A DNA stretch of 34,560 nucleotides from Octopus bimaculoides (Eukaryota). The position numbers and the translations under genes were made by a program. The notes beneath the pieces are model-generated. The model was given only the letters and a program-made list of their open reading frames with translations. It was not told the origin of the DNA and made no database searches. Below, piece after piece: positions 23,155 through 34,189 of the stretch (positions within the stretch are counted from its first letter, which is position 1; each line of letters begins with the position of its first letter). The stretch is from contig NC_068986.1 of the NCBI RefSeq assembly GCF_001194135.2, positions 114,070,755 to 114,105,314 on the forward strand, written 5' to 3'.

Positions 23155-23425
23155 CTACCACTGCAACAACAATTCAAGAATTACGAGACGACCACCACCA
23201 CCACCACAATGCCAACAAACCAAGACCACCACTACTACAACAGCAAATACTTCTACAACCAGCCCCACGACGGTAAAATGTAACTGCTGCTACCACCATC
23301 AACACCGTCACAAGAGCAACGCCAGCAACTACTGCTACTACTACTACTACTACTGCTACTATCACAACGAGAAGAGGATCGACCGTCGCCTCAACATCAA
23401 CAACAGTAAAAAGTCAACCAACAGC
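23155..23425. repeat. CAA/CAC/CTA trinucleotide low-complexity tract
   Basis: Direct reading. Confidence 0.8.
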
Positions 23426-23851
23426 TATGATCATTTATTAATTATTAATTTGAAGATTTACTATTACTAATTAGCCAATGTAGCTAATTAACGAAGCAAA
23501 ATTTCAAATACTTTTGAATTCCTGTTAACAAAAGATCAAGCGAGTCATTGTGATGCATTCATTACTTACGACTTCACTTACAAGAAATAGGGAGGGAGAG
23601 AGAGAGTGGGGAGAGTGAGGTGGGAGAGAGTGAAGGAGGGAGTGGTAGGTATAAAGAAAGAAGAGGGGAGAAAGTGAACGGGGGAGAGAGGGAGTGCAGT
23701 GAGAGGGCGTGGCACATACGTAGATAGTTTGACAGATTAAAACATTCCACTTTCTCGCGAGACCACCTGAAATACATATATATATAAATGCACACAGGTA
23801 TATGCATACACACAGAACCATATGTGTGTGTGTGTATACATATACATATAC

Positions 23852-23914
<63 letters not shown>

Positions 23915-24007
23915 CATATACATATATATAGATGCATATATATATACATATATATATATATACACATACATGCGCATGCATATGTCTTTGTGTCCGTGTT
24001 TGACTCT

Positions 24008-24190
24008 GTATGACAACCGGTGTTAGTAATGTTTACGTCCCCGTACATTAGTTGTTCGACTAAAGGGATCGATACCATAAGTGCTAGGCTTTAAAAAAGA
24101 AGTCTAGAGATCGATCCATTCGACTAAAAATTCCTCAAGACGGCGCTTCAACTCGGACGCAGTCTGAAGGCTGAAACAAGTGAAAAAATT
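24008..24190 (+). mobile_element. SINE family B, 3' half, preceded by (TG)n/(TA)n
   Basis: GTTTACGTCCCCGTA...GTTCG...ATAAGTGCTAGG...GATCCATTCGACTAAA...GCAGTC...GCTGAAACAAGT matches 33095-33240. Confidence 0.8.
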
Positions 24191-24475
24191 AATCACAAGT
24201 GAACCCAATTTCTCGATGATAATTGCTCCAACGTTCATTTTTCTTGTAAGACAGCGACACACTTTCGTAATCTCTACTTTCGACCATCACATTTCGAAGT
24301 TTTTATGTCTTTTTTTTTCTACTTCCTGTCTGTAACTAGTTCAGTAAGCTTCAATAAGCTAGTGCTGCCTGGGTAGCCACTGAGGAGAGAATATTAAACA
24401 TGTTTTAGTGAAAAGCATAGGAAGAATACGCTATAATGAGATTTGTCTCAATTTACACTGACCACTATATAAGCA

Positions 24476-24645
24476 ATATTCTTTTCTACTCTAAGTATAA
24501 AGCTCGAAATTTCGGGGGAGGGGGTCAGTCGATTAGATCGTCTCCAATACGCAACTTGTACTTAATTTATCGACCCCGAAAGGATGAAAGGCAAAGTCGA
24601 CCTCGCCGGAATTTGAACTCAAAACCTAACGGCAGACGAAATACT
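24476..24645 (-). mobile_element. SINE family A, 5'-truncated
   Basis: TTTATCGACCCCGAAAGGATGAAAGGCAAAGTCGACCTCGCCGGAATTTGAACTC. Confidence 0.9.
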
Positions 24646-24819
24646 GGTCAATAAAGTAATGCGGGATGGTCACGGCTGAAATTTCTTAGGTCAGAAGTCT
24701 GCTTAGGATTAACAACAGAACAAAATTTTTCTCTCTGTCGTTGACTCTCTCAAACATTCATACACATACACATGCACACGTTCGCATACAAAAGTACACA
24801 TATGCATAGACAGTGACGT

Positions 24820-25035
24820 ATATTCTTTTCTACTCTGGGCACAAGGCCTGAATTTTGGGGGAGAGGACCAGTCGATTAGATCGACCCAAATACGCAACTG
24901 GTACTTAATTTATCGACCCCGAAAAGATAAAAGGCAAAGTCGACCTCGGCGGAATTCGAACTCAGAACGTAAAGACAGACGAAATACCGCTAAGCATTTC
25001 GCCCGGCGTGCTAACGTTTCTGCCAGCTCATTGCT
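24820..25035 (-). mobile_element. SINE family A, near full length, low divergence
   Basis: Complete from tail (TATTCTTTTCTACTC) to head (GCTAACGTTTCTGCCAGCTC). Confidence 0.92.
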
Positions 25036-25254
25036 TTAATGAGGAGAGAATATTAAACATGTTTTAGTGAACAGCATAGAAAGATCACGAACGGCACCAT
25101 CATAAAATTTGTCTCCGAAGCGATGTGTGAATTTTCAAAAGCTGCAAACAAAATCTTTTGGAGTAAGCATTCAATGAACATCTCGAGACATAAGTGAATG
25201 ACCTCTTTCGTTATTTACTCAACTTTGTTTGACTGTATAAAGAGTGTATAAAGA

Positions 25255-25990
25255 GTGAGTTGCGTGAACGCACGTGACCAATGGACTGATGAAAAGAATT
25301 CACTTAACGAACGACATCAGGTCAGAGGATACAAGATCGTCGTTAGTTTACCGACACTGAGAACAACGAGTTCCTCGAAATACATCTCCCACTGGATTTC
25401 ATTGTTACTAGATCTGGATCCAAGACTTCAGACACGCGCATATTCGTGCATTATTCCGGGTGACTACGAGATGAAGCAGGGAGGAAATGCCCCGGAAAGT
25501 ACTTGATCTCGTCAGTACATTCTTTCTCGACTGATTGTAAGTTGTCAAAGATGGATCAAAACAAAATCGAAAGCCTCGGCTGTGGCAGACGTCTAAACTT
25601 ATTCAAGAGTCCAGAAGAAAGGTTGAGAGTATCTCACACATATATATTAATGGGTGACTGGAAGGGTGTCTTAGACGCACGCAGGGAATTTAGTGGCCGT
25701 AGATGATAGAAGATTTAGTTGATGTAAAAATGTGAAAATAGTTTTTTATTTTCTGACATATACCGAACGGATTTCCCGAATGTAACAATGTAGAATTTGT
25801 AAGAACGCATTGGTTACTTCGGGCGGCAATAAAATAAATAGTTTTATAGCCGCCGATCGAATCAGCTTCGAGGATATACAGTTTGGGAAGATTGGCTGCA
25901 CAGACAAAAATGTTTGAGTTGCTTGTTTAGCTTAAGTAAGGCATATATACAGGGAAAAAGAATGCGCCGTTCCTCGCGGGATGTTACAGT
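25255..25990 (+). mobile_element. L1/Tx1-clade LINE endonuclease fragment (decayed)
   Basis: SCVNAR (cf. NxRG), DIRS...IVVSLPTLR (cf. DIV.I.ETR), GKYLISSV, ILMGDWKGVLDARR (GDFN-type motif), SDIYRTDFPNVTM, GCTDK (cf. SDH/TDH); multiple frameshifts. Confidence 0.75.
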
Positions 25991-26365
25991 AAACGGACTG
26001 ATAAACTATTAGACAGGGACTATCGTCTACAATCAGTATACGATAAAGCTATTAGAGAAAGATCGATAGATTTTTAGGAAAAAATAGTTATAATCAATAG
26101 ACAGGGGGAAACAGAGGGGGCGAGGAGGAGGAGGAGGATGACGTGGAGGATGATGATAACGAGAGGAAAAAGGAGACGACGATGATGAAGTAGTTAGGAG
26201 ATAAATAGTGCTCATTAGAAAAGGGTTTGTCCCCGAGCAGTGTTGAATTGTGACGTCATATTTCAGCAGCTGTTGTCGCCTGAAAGATGTGCCCGAGTTT
26301 TTGACCCACTTTGGGATATCGTTCCGCTTCTTGACAAGATTTTCATATGTATATATACGTATATC

Positions 26366-26413
<48 letters not shown>

Positions 26414-26945
26414 NNNNNNNNNNNNNNNNNNNNNNNNNNNNNNNNNNNNNNNNNNNNNNNNNNNNNNNNNNNNNNNNNNNNNNNNNNNNNNNNNNNNNNN
26501 NNNNNNNNNNNNNNNNNNNNNNNNNNNNNNNNNNNNNNNNNNNNNNNNNNNNNNNNNNNNNNNNNNNNNNNNNNNNNNNNNNNNNNNNNNNNNNNNNNNN
26601 NNNNNNNNNNNNNNNNNNNNNNNNNNNNNNNNNNNNNNNNNNNNNNNNNNNNNNNNNNNNNNNNNNNNNNNNNNNNNNNNNNNNNNNNNNNNNNNNNNNN
26701 NNNNNNNNNNNNNNNNNNNNNNNNNNNNNNNNNNNNNNNNNNNNNNNNNNNNNNNNNNNNNNNNNNNNNNNNNNNNNNNNNNNNNNNNNNNNNNNNNNNN
26801 NNNNNNNNNNNNNNNNNNNNNNNNNNNNNNNNNNNNNNNNNNNNNNNNNNNNNNNNNNNNNNNNNNNNNNNNNNNNNNNNNNNNNNNNNNNNNNNNNNNN
26901 NNNNNNNNNNNNNNNNNNNNNNNNNNNNNNNNNNNNNNNNNNNNN
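26414..26945. other. Assembly gap after (TG)n
   Basis: Run of N. Confidence 0.99.
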
Positions 26946-27196
26946 TAACGATATTGTCCTTGCACCTAACACAAGCTCTTTCTGTGTTTTCACATTGTAA
27001 AATCACAGAAACGTTTGTTTTGTTGTTGCTTGTTTGTTTTTTGGAGCTTCGTGTGAGGTTAATATGAATATAAGGAAATGTAGCCTGCTCCTGCAATGTA
27101 TTTCTTCTTTTTAAAACTGCTCTTGGTTTCTTTTCTTATTAAAATTATAGAGTGAGTCATACTCACCGACGTACATATAACACAGACAGACAGACA

Positions 27197-27256
27197 GAAA
27201 CGTGTTAACAATAAAGATGAGGACAAATATCCGTCAAATGTAAATAATGTAAATAA
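27197..27256 (+). mobile_element. Orphan 3' piece of family E
   Basis: GAAACGTGTTAACAATAAAGATGAGGACAAATATCCGTCAAATGTAAATAAT matches 12281-12335. Confidence 0.85.
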
Positions 27257-28179
27257 AGACAGACCGGGTAAAGATCGGAAAGTGAGCGACGGCTGGCGAG
27301 GTTACCTGCGACTCTTTATACACTCGCTTGCAAGATTGGTCCCGACAACACGACTTGCACAGAACGCACATCTGCAAATTTACGCATTATATGCAGCCAG
27401 CTATCTATCTATCTATCTATCTGTCTGTCTTTCTATCTCTTTATCTACCTATCCCATCTATCTCATCTATCTATGTGTGTATGACTACAATGGAATATAC
27501 ATACATATATATTCACGTATATATTTATAGAGAAATGTAAGGATAGAGAGAATGAGAGAAAGAGGGCAAGAGAGGAAAAAAGAATGATGGAAGCATCAAA
27601 GATTATGAAACGAAATGTTAAGCTAATCTGTTAAATATTAACTGCCATAGATCACATATCAAACGAAAGAATTACAGCAAAGAACGGTGACTGCTGTAGG
27701 TCTCTTTGATAATAGTGGCACCATAGTGAAGTTATATATAAACTGAAGAGATACGTGAAGAGTGTAGGACCTTCGGGGTTATCTAAGTCAGTCCTACAAG
27801 GTGCTGAGGCAAAAACAGGAGAGAAAGGTTGGAAGATGTTAATGACGAATCTAGGCTTCATAGTATAAACGCAATGTGTTGTGTATGTTTGAGATGAGAT
27901 CGACAACTAATGTGTATGAGACGGAGAAGGGATTGAGAGAGGATAAATGAAGAAAGAGAACAGGGGATTTAGGGATTAAAGAAACGGATCGAGAAAGAGA
28001 AGGAAAGAGAGATATGTATATGTGTTATATATATGGTGTGTGCGTGTGAGTGTGTTTGAAGGGTGTGGGATTCTATGTGAAGCTGTACTACTATGTTGGT
28101 GTTTGAGCGAAAGCAAAACATAACTTTTATCATATGTTCATAATGAAAATGAGGAGGAGGAAGACGGAGGATTGTCATA

Positions 28180-28440
28180 ATAACTACGACGACGAGTACG
28201 ACGACGGCGATGGTGATGGATGGTGTGGACGAGAAAAAGGTGGAGGTGGATGGTGATCGTGAAGGTCAAGGTCATGATTATAAGAAATGCCTTTGATAAT
28301 GAACGGGATTGTAATCATAAACGTGATTATGACAACGATAATGTGAAGGACAAGGATGATGGAAGCGATGGGGACGTAGATTATGACAATAACGAGGATG
28401 ACGAAGGTAGATAGAATAGGTGGCGTTCATGATGATGTTT
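28180..28440. repeat. GAT/GAC/GGT trinucleotide low-complexity tract
   Basis: Direct reading. Confidence 0.75.
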
Positions 28441-28457
28441 GTGGCTAATGAGGAAGA

Positions 28458-28773
28458 AATTATTATTATTATTATTATCATTATTATATGAAAACTAAGC
28501 TTATTTTGCTGGATACGATGGAAAGTGTCAGCCCTCCTCAGCCAGCAGACTAAGGTGACACTTGTTTACTGGTCATGCTTCAAGGACCCTGCGAAGAATT
28601 CTTGCAGTTCCAAACAATACTGATTTTGGTAGGTGTTCTACCTTTACGCTTGCACCAATCTCTTTCAGCCATGTTGGTAACTGAGTGCTGATACTTCCAA
28701 CTGCACCAGTTACTCTTGGGATCACGTCCACTCTCCTCATTGACCACAACTTTTGTATTTCCCACTTAAAATC
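28458..28773 (-). mobile_element. R4/Dong-like (RLE) LINE 3' end, subfamily 1, with 3'UTR and (TAA)n tail
   Basis: 28573-28773 reads DFKWEIQKLWSMRRVDVIPRVTGAVGSISTQLPTWLKEIGASVKVEHLPKSVLFGTARILRRVLEA*, typical of R4-clade C-termini (VIP.VIGALG...QK..LLGTA.ILR.VL). Confidence 0.85.
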
Positions 28774-29140
28774 GTTAGAGTTGTTCAGTTTTTCTTTTCT
28801 TTCTCTCTAACACTGCTATCACCGGAAAATGCTATATCGATTATTATGTATATTCTTTTCTTATTATTCACCATACCAATGTCCGGTTTCCGATGTTTGG
28901 TCAGGTGGAACGAACGGTTCCTTTGATATAATCGTAGAATATCAGTCATATCCACGGAAAATGTAGATTCAAATTCCGCAGGCAGCCTTCGACTCTTTTC
29001 TACCTAAGGTGCATTCTAACCCAATATTCGACATGATATTATTTATAGCATTATCTACTTCGAGATCCGCCATTACAACGATACAGATAGTTACATACAC
29101 AAATGCACATATATACATATGTGTGCAAGCATACTCATAC

Positions 29141-29144
<4 letters not shown>

Positions 29145-29205
<61 letters not shown>
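29145..29205. repeat. (TG)n microsatellite
   Basis: Direct reading. Confidence 0.95.
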
Positions 29206-29206
<1 letters not shown>

Positions 29207-30202
29207 ATATGTATTTATACAAGTGTGAATGCGCGCGTGTCTGCTTGTAGACGTATGGTTTGGTGAGAGTTACCATTTTAAAGAGAGTGTGTATTCAAGG
29301 TGAGGGTTATTATGAATATCTGGCTAAATTATATTGACGATGATGGTGGCAGTGACGACGACGACGCCGACGACGATGACGAAGATGAAGATGAGGGTGT
29401 GATGATAATGATGTAATAGCAAACAATAAAAGGAATCGAAAACAAAATGAGAAGGAAACAAGAGCTGAAACAAAGGAAGGAAGGAAGGACGAAAGTAAGG
29501 AAGTAAGATAGTATGTAATGAATAAATTTTTAAAGATGAAACAAATTGTGTCTAATTTGATTAAGGGTGTGGCTTTAGAAATTAATCAAAACATTGCTAA
29601 AAAGTTATTGTTTTGTTGAATTGAAGTTGATGATGATGACGACGACTACGATGATGATGATGTTATCATTACTTCTCTTCTCGTTGTCTTTATTGCCGGT
29701 GCACGTGTTGTTGTTGTTGTTTTTGTCCTTCTTGAAGGACATTACAAGGGCAATTCACAAAACAATTAAAATATGGTACAGTGTTGTGTCGAATGTGATA
29801 GGAAAACAAACAAGTAAATAACAGCAAACTTGTAAATATCTAAACACATCGCAAAACACAATTTTCCCTTATTTTTAATCGCTTTTTAGATTTATTTTTC
29901 TGACATGTAAATCATAAATTACCATTTTTCTTCTTTTTTTCTTCCAATACTTATCAAACCCAACTTAATTTATTTCTATTCTTTCCGCACCAAATTCTTC
30001 ACATCATATGGAACCAAGCGAACGTATCTCATAACAATGATATAAATTCTTATTACCTATATTAGCTTCACCGTTTATTTAGTTTTTATTTAAATGTTTT
30101 ATAATGCAAAATACTGTAGACGTCTTTAAAATAGAGCAAATTTTCAATCTGAATCACACTCCGAATTATTTATTTATTTATTATTATTATTATTGTCATC
30201 AT

Positions 30203-30362
30203 ACGGCGGCGAGCTGGCAGAATCGTTAGCGCACCGGGCGAAATGCTTAGCGGTATTTCGTCTGCCGTTACGTTCTGAGTTCAAATTCCGCCGAGATTGA
30301 CTTTGCCTTTCATCCTTTCGGGGTCGATTAAATAAGTACCTGTTCCGCACTGGGGTTGATGT
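30203..30362 (+). mobile_element. SINE family A, lacking tail
   Basis: GGCGGCGAGCTGGCAGAATCGTTAGC...GTTCTGAGTTCAAATTCCGCCGAG...CATCCTTTCGGGGTCGAT. Confidence 0.92.
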
Positions 30363-30363
30363 A

Positions 30364-30577
30364 AAGCTGGCGAGGGCTGACAGGATCGTTAGCAAAAATC
30401 CTTAGTGGCATTTCGTTCTTCAAGTTCTGAGTTCAAATTCCACCGAGGTTGACTTTGCCTGTCATCCTTACCCGTAAATTAAGTGCCAATCAAATATTGG
30501 GGTCGATGTGATCGACTCTCCTCCTCCCAACAAATTCCAGCCTTTGTGCCTATACAAGAAAGGATTATTATTATTAT
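30364..30577 (+). mobile_element. SINE family A, second tandem copy with (TTA)n tail
   Basis: Same blocks, more diverged, ending GAAAGGATTATTATTATTAT. Confidence 0.88.
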
Positions 30578-30580
30578 CCT

Positions 30581-30672
30581 TCGATGAAAACTCTCAACTT
30601 CTTTTGCTGGGTTTCGTGGAAAGTGTCAGCTGTTCACAGCCAACAGACAAAGTTTGACACTTTTTTATTGGT
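30581..30672 (-). mobile_element. 3'UTR-only copy of R4-like subfamily 1
   Basis: ATGAAAACT...TTTTGCTGG...TGGAAAGTGTCAGC...CAGCCARCAGAC...TGACACTT aligns with 28488-28572. Confidence 0.75.
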
Positions 30673-30674
30673 AA

Positions 30675-31495
30675 TCATCATCATCATCATCATCATTATT
30701 ATTATTATTATCTATTTTGAAAGCCTCTCGGATAGTTGTTAATTACCGGTTGTTCTTCACTTGAAAACAGGCAATAACAAATCACCAAAGGTTTCAAGTA
30801 GTGCCTCCTTCTCCTCTGACTCAAAGAGACAATACTCTCCTTAGAATGTGAGCTGTACCCAACAATGCTGTCTTCTGGATCACTTCGAGCCTGACAGCAG
30901 CTCCAATATTCTTAATATGTTTTTCAAAGCCCTTGTAAACTGCCCCTAATGCTCCAATTACCACCGGTATCACCATTACTTTCCTCATGCCCTATATCTT
31001 TCCTATCTCGTCCCGCAGTGGCTGGTATTTCTCAATATTTTCTCTTTCCTTACATTTCACTCTCAAATCGCCTGGTATTGCAACATCCTATCACCTTTGC
31101 TTCATTTTCATTTTTATGGATAAGCACGGAATCTGGTCGTCTCGCCTCTATGATTGGTCGCACTGCATGTTAAAATCCCAGACTATTTTGTAATGTTCCT
31201 TTTCCATTACTCCCTCTGGTTCGTGTTCTTACCATTCTTTGGCTCACTCGAGGTTTGCTTTACTGCACAACAGCCAGTGGACATATCCGGCCACATTGTC
31301 GTGTCTCCTTTTGTATTCGTGGTGTGTTAGCTTACAATACTCACTATCAATATGGCTTATACTTTCTCCCTTCATTGTGGCGAGTCAGTGCTTTTATCAA
31401 TGTGATATTTGGAGTAGTTTGTTCTGAGAGCTTGTTCTTGAACGTTGCACACTAATGCCTCAGTGGGCCCTTTTAAGTCTCCTTTCTGCAGTCAT
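30675..31495 (-). mobile_element. R4/Dong-like (RLE) LINE 3' fragment, subfamily 2, with (TAA)5(TGA)7 tail
   Basis: LQKGDLKGPTEALVCNVQEQALRTNY...ESISHIDSE...EYKRRHDNVA...VHW...KIVWDFNMQCD...RRPDSVLI...IDVAIPGD...EKYQPL...VIPVVIGALG...IQKTALLGTAHILRRVLSL* (stop at 30821-30823). The PD..D..K restriction-like endonuclease signature is present; several stops and frameshifts. Confidence 0.92.
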
Positions 31496-31514
31496 TACCA
31501 GGTTCCATCATCAT

Positions 31515-31545
<31 letters not shown>

Positions 31546-31790
31546 GAAGGCGGCGAGCTAGCAGAATCATTGGCACGCCGGGCAAAATGCAGTGTTTCGT
31601 CAGTCTTCGCGTTCTGAGTTCAAGTGGGCGTTGCCTTTCATCCTTTCGGGGGTCGATGAATTAAGTACCAGTGGAACACTGGAGTCGGCGTAATCGACTT
31701 AACCCCACCCCCAAATTTCTGGCCTTGGGCTTTTAGTAGAAAGCATTATCATCATCATATTGTTATTAATATTATTATTATTATTATTAT
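31546..31790 (+). mobile_element. SINE family A with (ATC)/(ATT)n tail
   Basis: GAAGGCGGCGAGCTAGCAGAATC...TTGCCTTTCATCCTTTCGGGGGTCGATGAATTAAGTACCAGT. Confidence 0.9.
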
Positions 31791-31872
31791 TATAAAAGTA
31801 CAGTAAAATTATTTCATAATAAAAATATTCTGGTGCATTGACATTTCTTTATTCTACCTAATTATATTGATT

Positions 31873-32106
31873 CCACATTTTGGCACACAAAGCCAGTAAT
31901 GTCGGCGGAAGGGTGGAAGTCGACGACACCGATCCCTGTATTCAACTGGTACTTTTTTCATCGACCTCCAAAGGATGAAACGCAAAGTAGACTTCGACAG
32001 GATTTGAACTCAGCACGTTGAGACGGACGAAATGCTATTAAGCATTTTCCCCGGCGTGCTAATGGTTCTGCCAACACCCCCGCCTTACTCTCCCCCACCC
32101 CCACCG
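31873..32106 (-). mobile_element. SINE family A flanked by 16-bp direct repeat
   Basis: CCTAATTATATTGATT at 31857-31872 and 32107-32122. Confidence 0.88.
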
Positions 32107-32277
32107 CCTAATTATATTGATTATCGTTGAAAACTGCCACTTTCAAAACCTTCAAATTTAGGGATTTCTTTCAATGTATGTTTTAGTCATTTAAAATAAT
32201 GGTAGTCTCTATTTGCTTGACCCTAGAAAGTATAAAAAATATCTAATACTTCCTTCAAACTTTGCCTTTGTTACATT

Positions 32278-32437
32278 TATTCAAACCCCCTCTCAACTAA
32301 TAGATATGATGCTCCCCTACTACTTCTGCTCATCATCAGAGATGCACATAATGTCAGCTGTTATGAGGCATTCCCAAGTGGTCAGCGTCAAGCAGCTGAC
32401 AAGCAAATCTGTGGCGTTGAGCAGAATGTTTGTTATA
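32278..32437. mobile_element. Diverged fragment of the 556-bp repeat, opposite orientation to 17271-17826
   Basis: TATGATGCTCCCC.ACTACTTCTGCTC...TCAGAGATGCACATA...CTGACAAGCAAATCT.TGG..TTGAGCAGAAT is the reverse complement of ~17380-17540. Confidence 0.85.
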
Positions 32438-32847
32438 ACTCGGTGCAATTCGGGGATGAATCGGTCTGAAATGTAATGGAAACTACGTAAATTTCAAAGC
32501 ATTGATGGCCCCCTGGTGACAAAAACAAAGTTTGAAGGGAACGCTAGTAATTTCCTTTGATGTCTTGATAGAATCAAACAGGAAAGAACAATACTGACCA
32601 AAAACAAAAAGAAATAAAAAGTTTGTTACATTGTTATTACGTTATATTTACACAAGTCATATGTGCGTGTATGTGTGTGCGTGTATGTGTGGGTGCGTGT
32701 TGTGTGTGTGTGTGTGTGTCTATGTCTGTATGTGTGTGCGTGTGTGTGAGTGCATGTTGTGTGTGAGTGTGTGTACATGTACACACTGTCTCATTTATCC
32801 GCAAAGAAAAAAAGTTTAAAATGTTGCTATACAATGTTATACAATGC

Positions 32848-33009
32848 AATGGTGGTTGTGTCGTAAGAAGCTTTCTTCCCAACAAGTTTCCGGATTCAGT
32901 CCTACAGCGTGGCACCTTGGGCAAGTGTCTTCTATTGTAGCTTGGGGACGACCAAAACCTTGTGAGTGGATTTGGTACACGGAAACTGAAAGAAGACCGT
33001 CATGTATAA

Positions 33010-33067
<58 letters not shown>

Positions 33068-33250
33068 CCCGCACCCACCATCGCTGGAAACGGATGTTGG
33101 TGTGTTTACGTCCCCAAAATCTAACTGTTCGGCAAAAGAGACTGACTGAATAAGCACTAGGATAAAGAATAAGCCCTGGGGTCGATTTGCTCGACTAAAG
33201 GTGGTGCTCCAGTATGGCCGCAGTCAAATGACTGAAACGTATAAAAAAGC
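32848..33250 (+). mobile_element. SINE family B, full length, with internal (TG)n
   Basis: tRNA-like head, GGCACCTTGGGCAAGTGTCTTCTA block, internal (TG)n at ~33015-33066, 3' block ending GGCCGCAGTCAAATGACTGAAAC. Confidence 0.9.
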
Positions 33251-33361
33251 AATGTAATTTGAAAATAGCGAATCCGCTGTGAACAATGGTGTACATCTTT
33301 AGATGGGTGTGAAGTTGTGAAGTGATGACATATATGTACATGTATATGATTGTGTGTGCGT

Positions 33362-33402
<41 letters not shown>

Positions 33403-33450
33403 TAAATATGGATACGTAAGTCTGTATTGATATTTAATATGGACTACATT

Positions 33451-33670
33451 TAAGGCGGCAGGCTGGCAGAACGGTTGGCAGGAAGGGAAAGTCTGTATGC
33501 AGCATTTCGTCTGTCCTTGCGTTCTGTGTTTAAATTCCGCTGCGACTGAGTTTGCATTTCATCCTTTGGAGATCGATGAAGTAAGTAGCTGTTTGACAGT
33601 GGAGTCGATGTAATCGACCACCTCCTAACCCGAAATTGCTGGCAATGTGCCAAACTTTGAAACCAATATA
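33451..33670 (+). mobile_element. SINE family A, diverged
   Basis: TAAGGCGGCAGGCTGGCAGAACGGTTGGCA...TTTCATCCTTTGGAGATCGAT...GTCGATGTAATCGAC. Confidence 0.85.
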
Positions 33671-33939
33671 TAATGCATCTAGAAACACATTTTTTGGTTG
33701 AGTTGGCTTGCACGTATATGTAGGGGCCAGGTGGAAGCTTTGGAGAGGTTCTTGTTTAGATACACAGGGCAAGACAACATTTTTGGTGTTGTCTTTAACT
33801 TGCCTCTAAAGCGCCCACCACCACCACTAGCATCTTGGTAGCTTCCTTCAAACCACTCACGCACACATGCTCTCTCGACTACTTTTTAGTAAATTTACAA
33901 GTAATTTTTATAGAGTCAGTCTAGAAATTTGGAAGAGGA

Positions 33940-34105
33940 CATCAGTATTTCATTGGTACTCTATTGGTACTTCATTTACTATGGAAATAGGAATAGCAAT
34001 GTAGTCCAGAGCAGAATTTGAACTCATCAGGTAAGGAACTATAAGAAATGCTGCAAGGCATACTTTGGCGTTGTTCTAGAATTTTTGCCAATCCACCAAC
34101 GCCGG
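33940..34105 (-). mobile_element. SINE family A, highly diverged
   Basis: ATTGGTACT...GCAGAATTTGAACTCA...AGAAATGCTGCAAGGCAT...TTGCCAATCCACC follows the family layout. Confidence 0.55.
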
Positions 34106-34189
34106 AAATTTACAAATATTCAATCAATATACGTATTGACTTCACTTTGAACTTCAAAGTACATCTGTACTTTACATACGTATGAAGGA

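Noticed and set aside
20535-25084. CRISPR-like repeat-spacer arrays from short direct repeats
   Set aside because: Only two copies of each repeat, no regular spacers, no cas genes, eukaryotic context.
5347-26258. Palindromic CRE sites TGACGTCA at 5348 and 26251
   Set aside because: Two 8-mers in 34 kb without supporting promoter context are not distinguishable from chance.
26240-26350. Unique stretch open in several frames (e.g. CDVIFQQLLSPERCARVFDPLWDIVPLLDKIF)
   Set aside because: No recognisable domain, no convincing donor site, and only about 35 codons long.
313-27096. Longest ORFs in the track (200-310 aa)
   Set aside because: Their length comes from N gaps translated as X.
29738-29775. 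38-nt micro-exon after a pyrimidine-rich tract
   Set aside because: Weak donor (GTACAG); the tract is part of a (GTT)n repeat.
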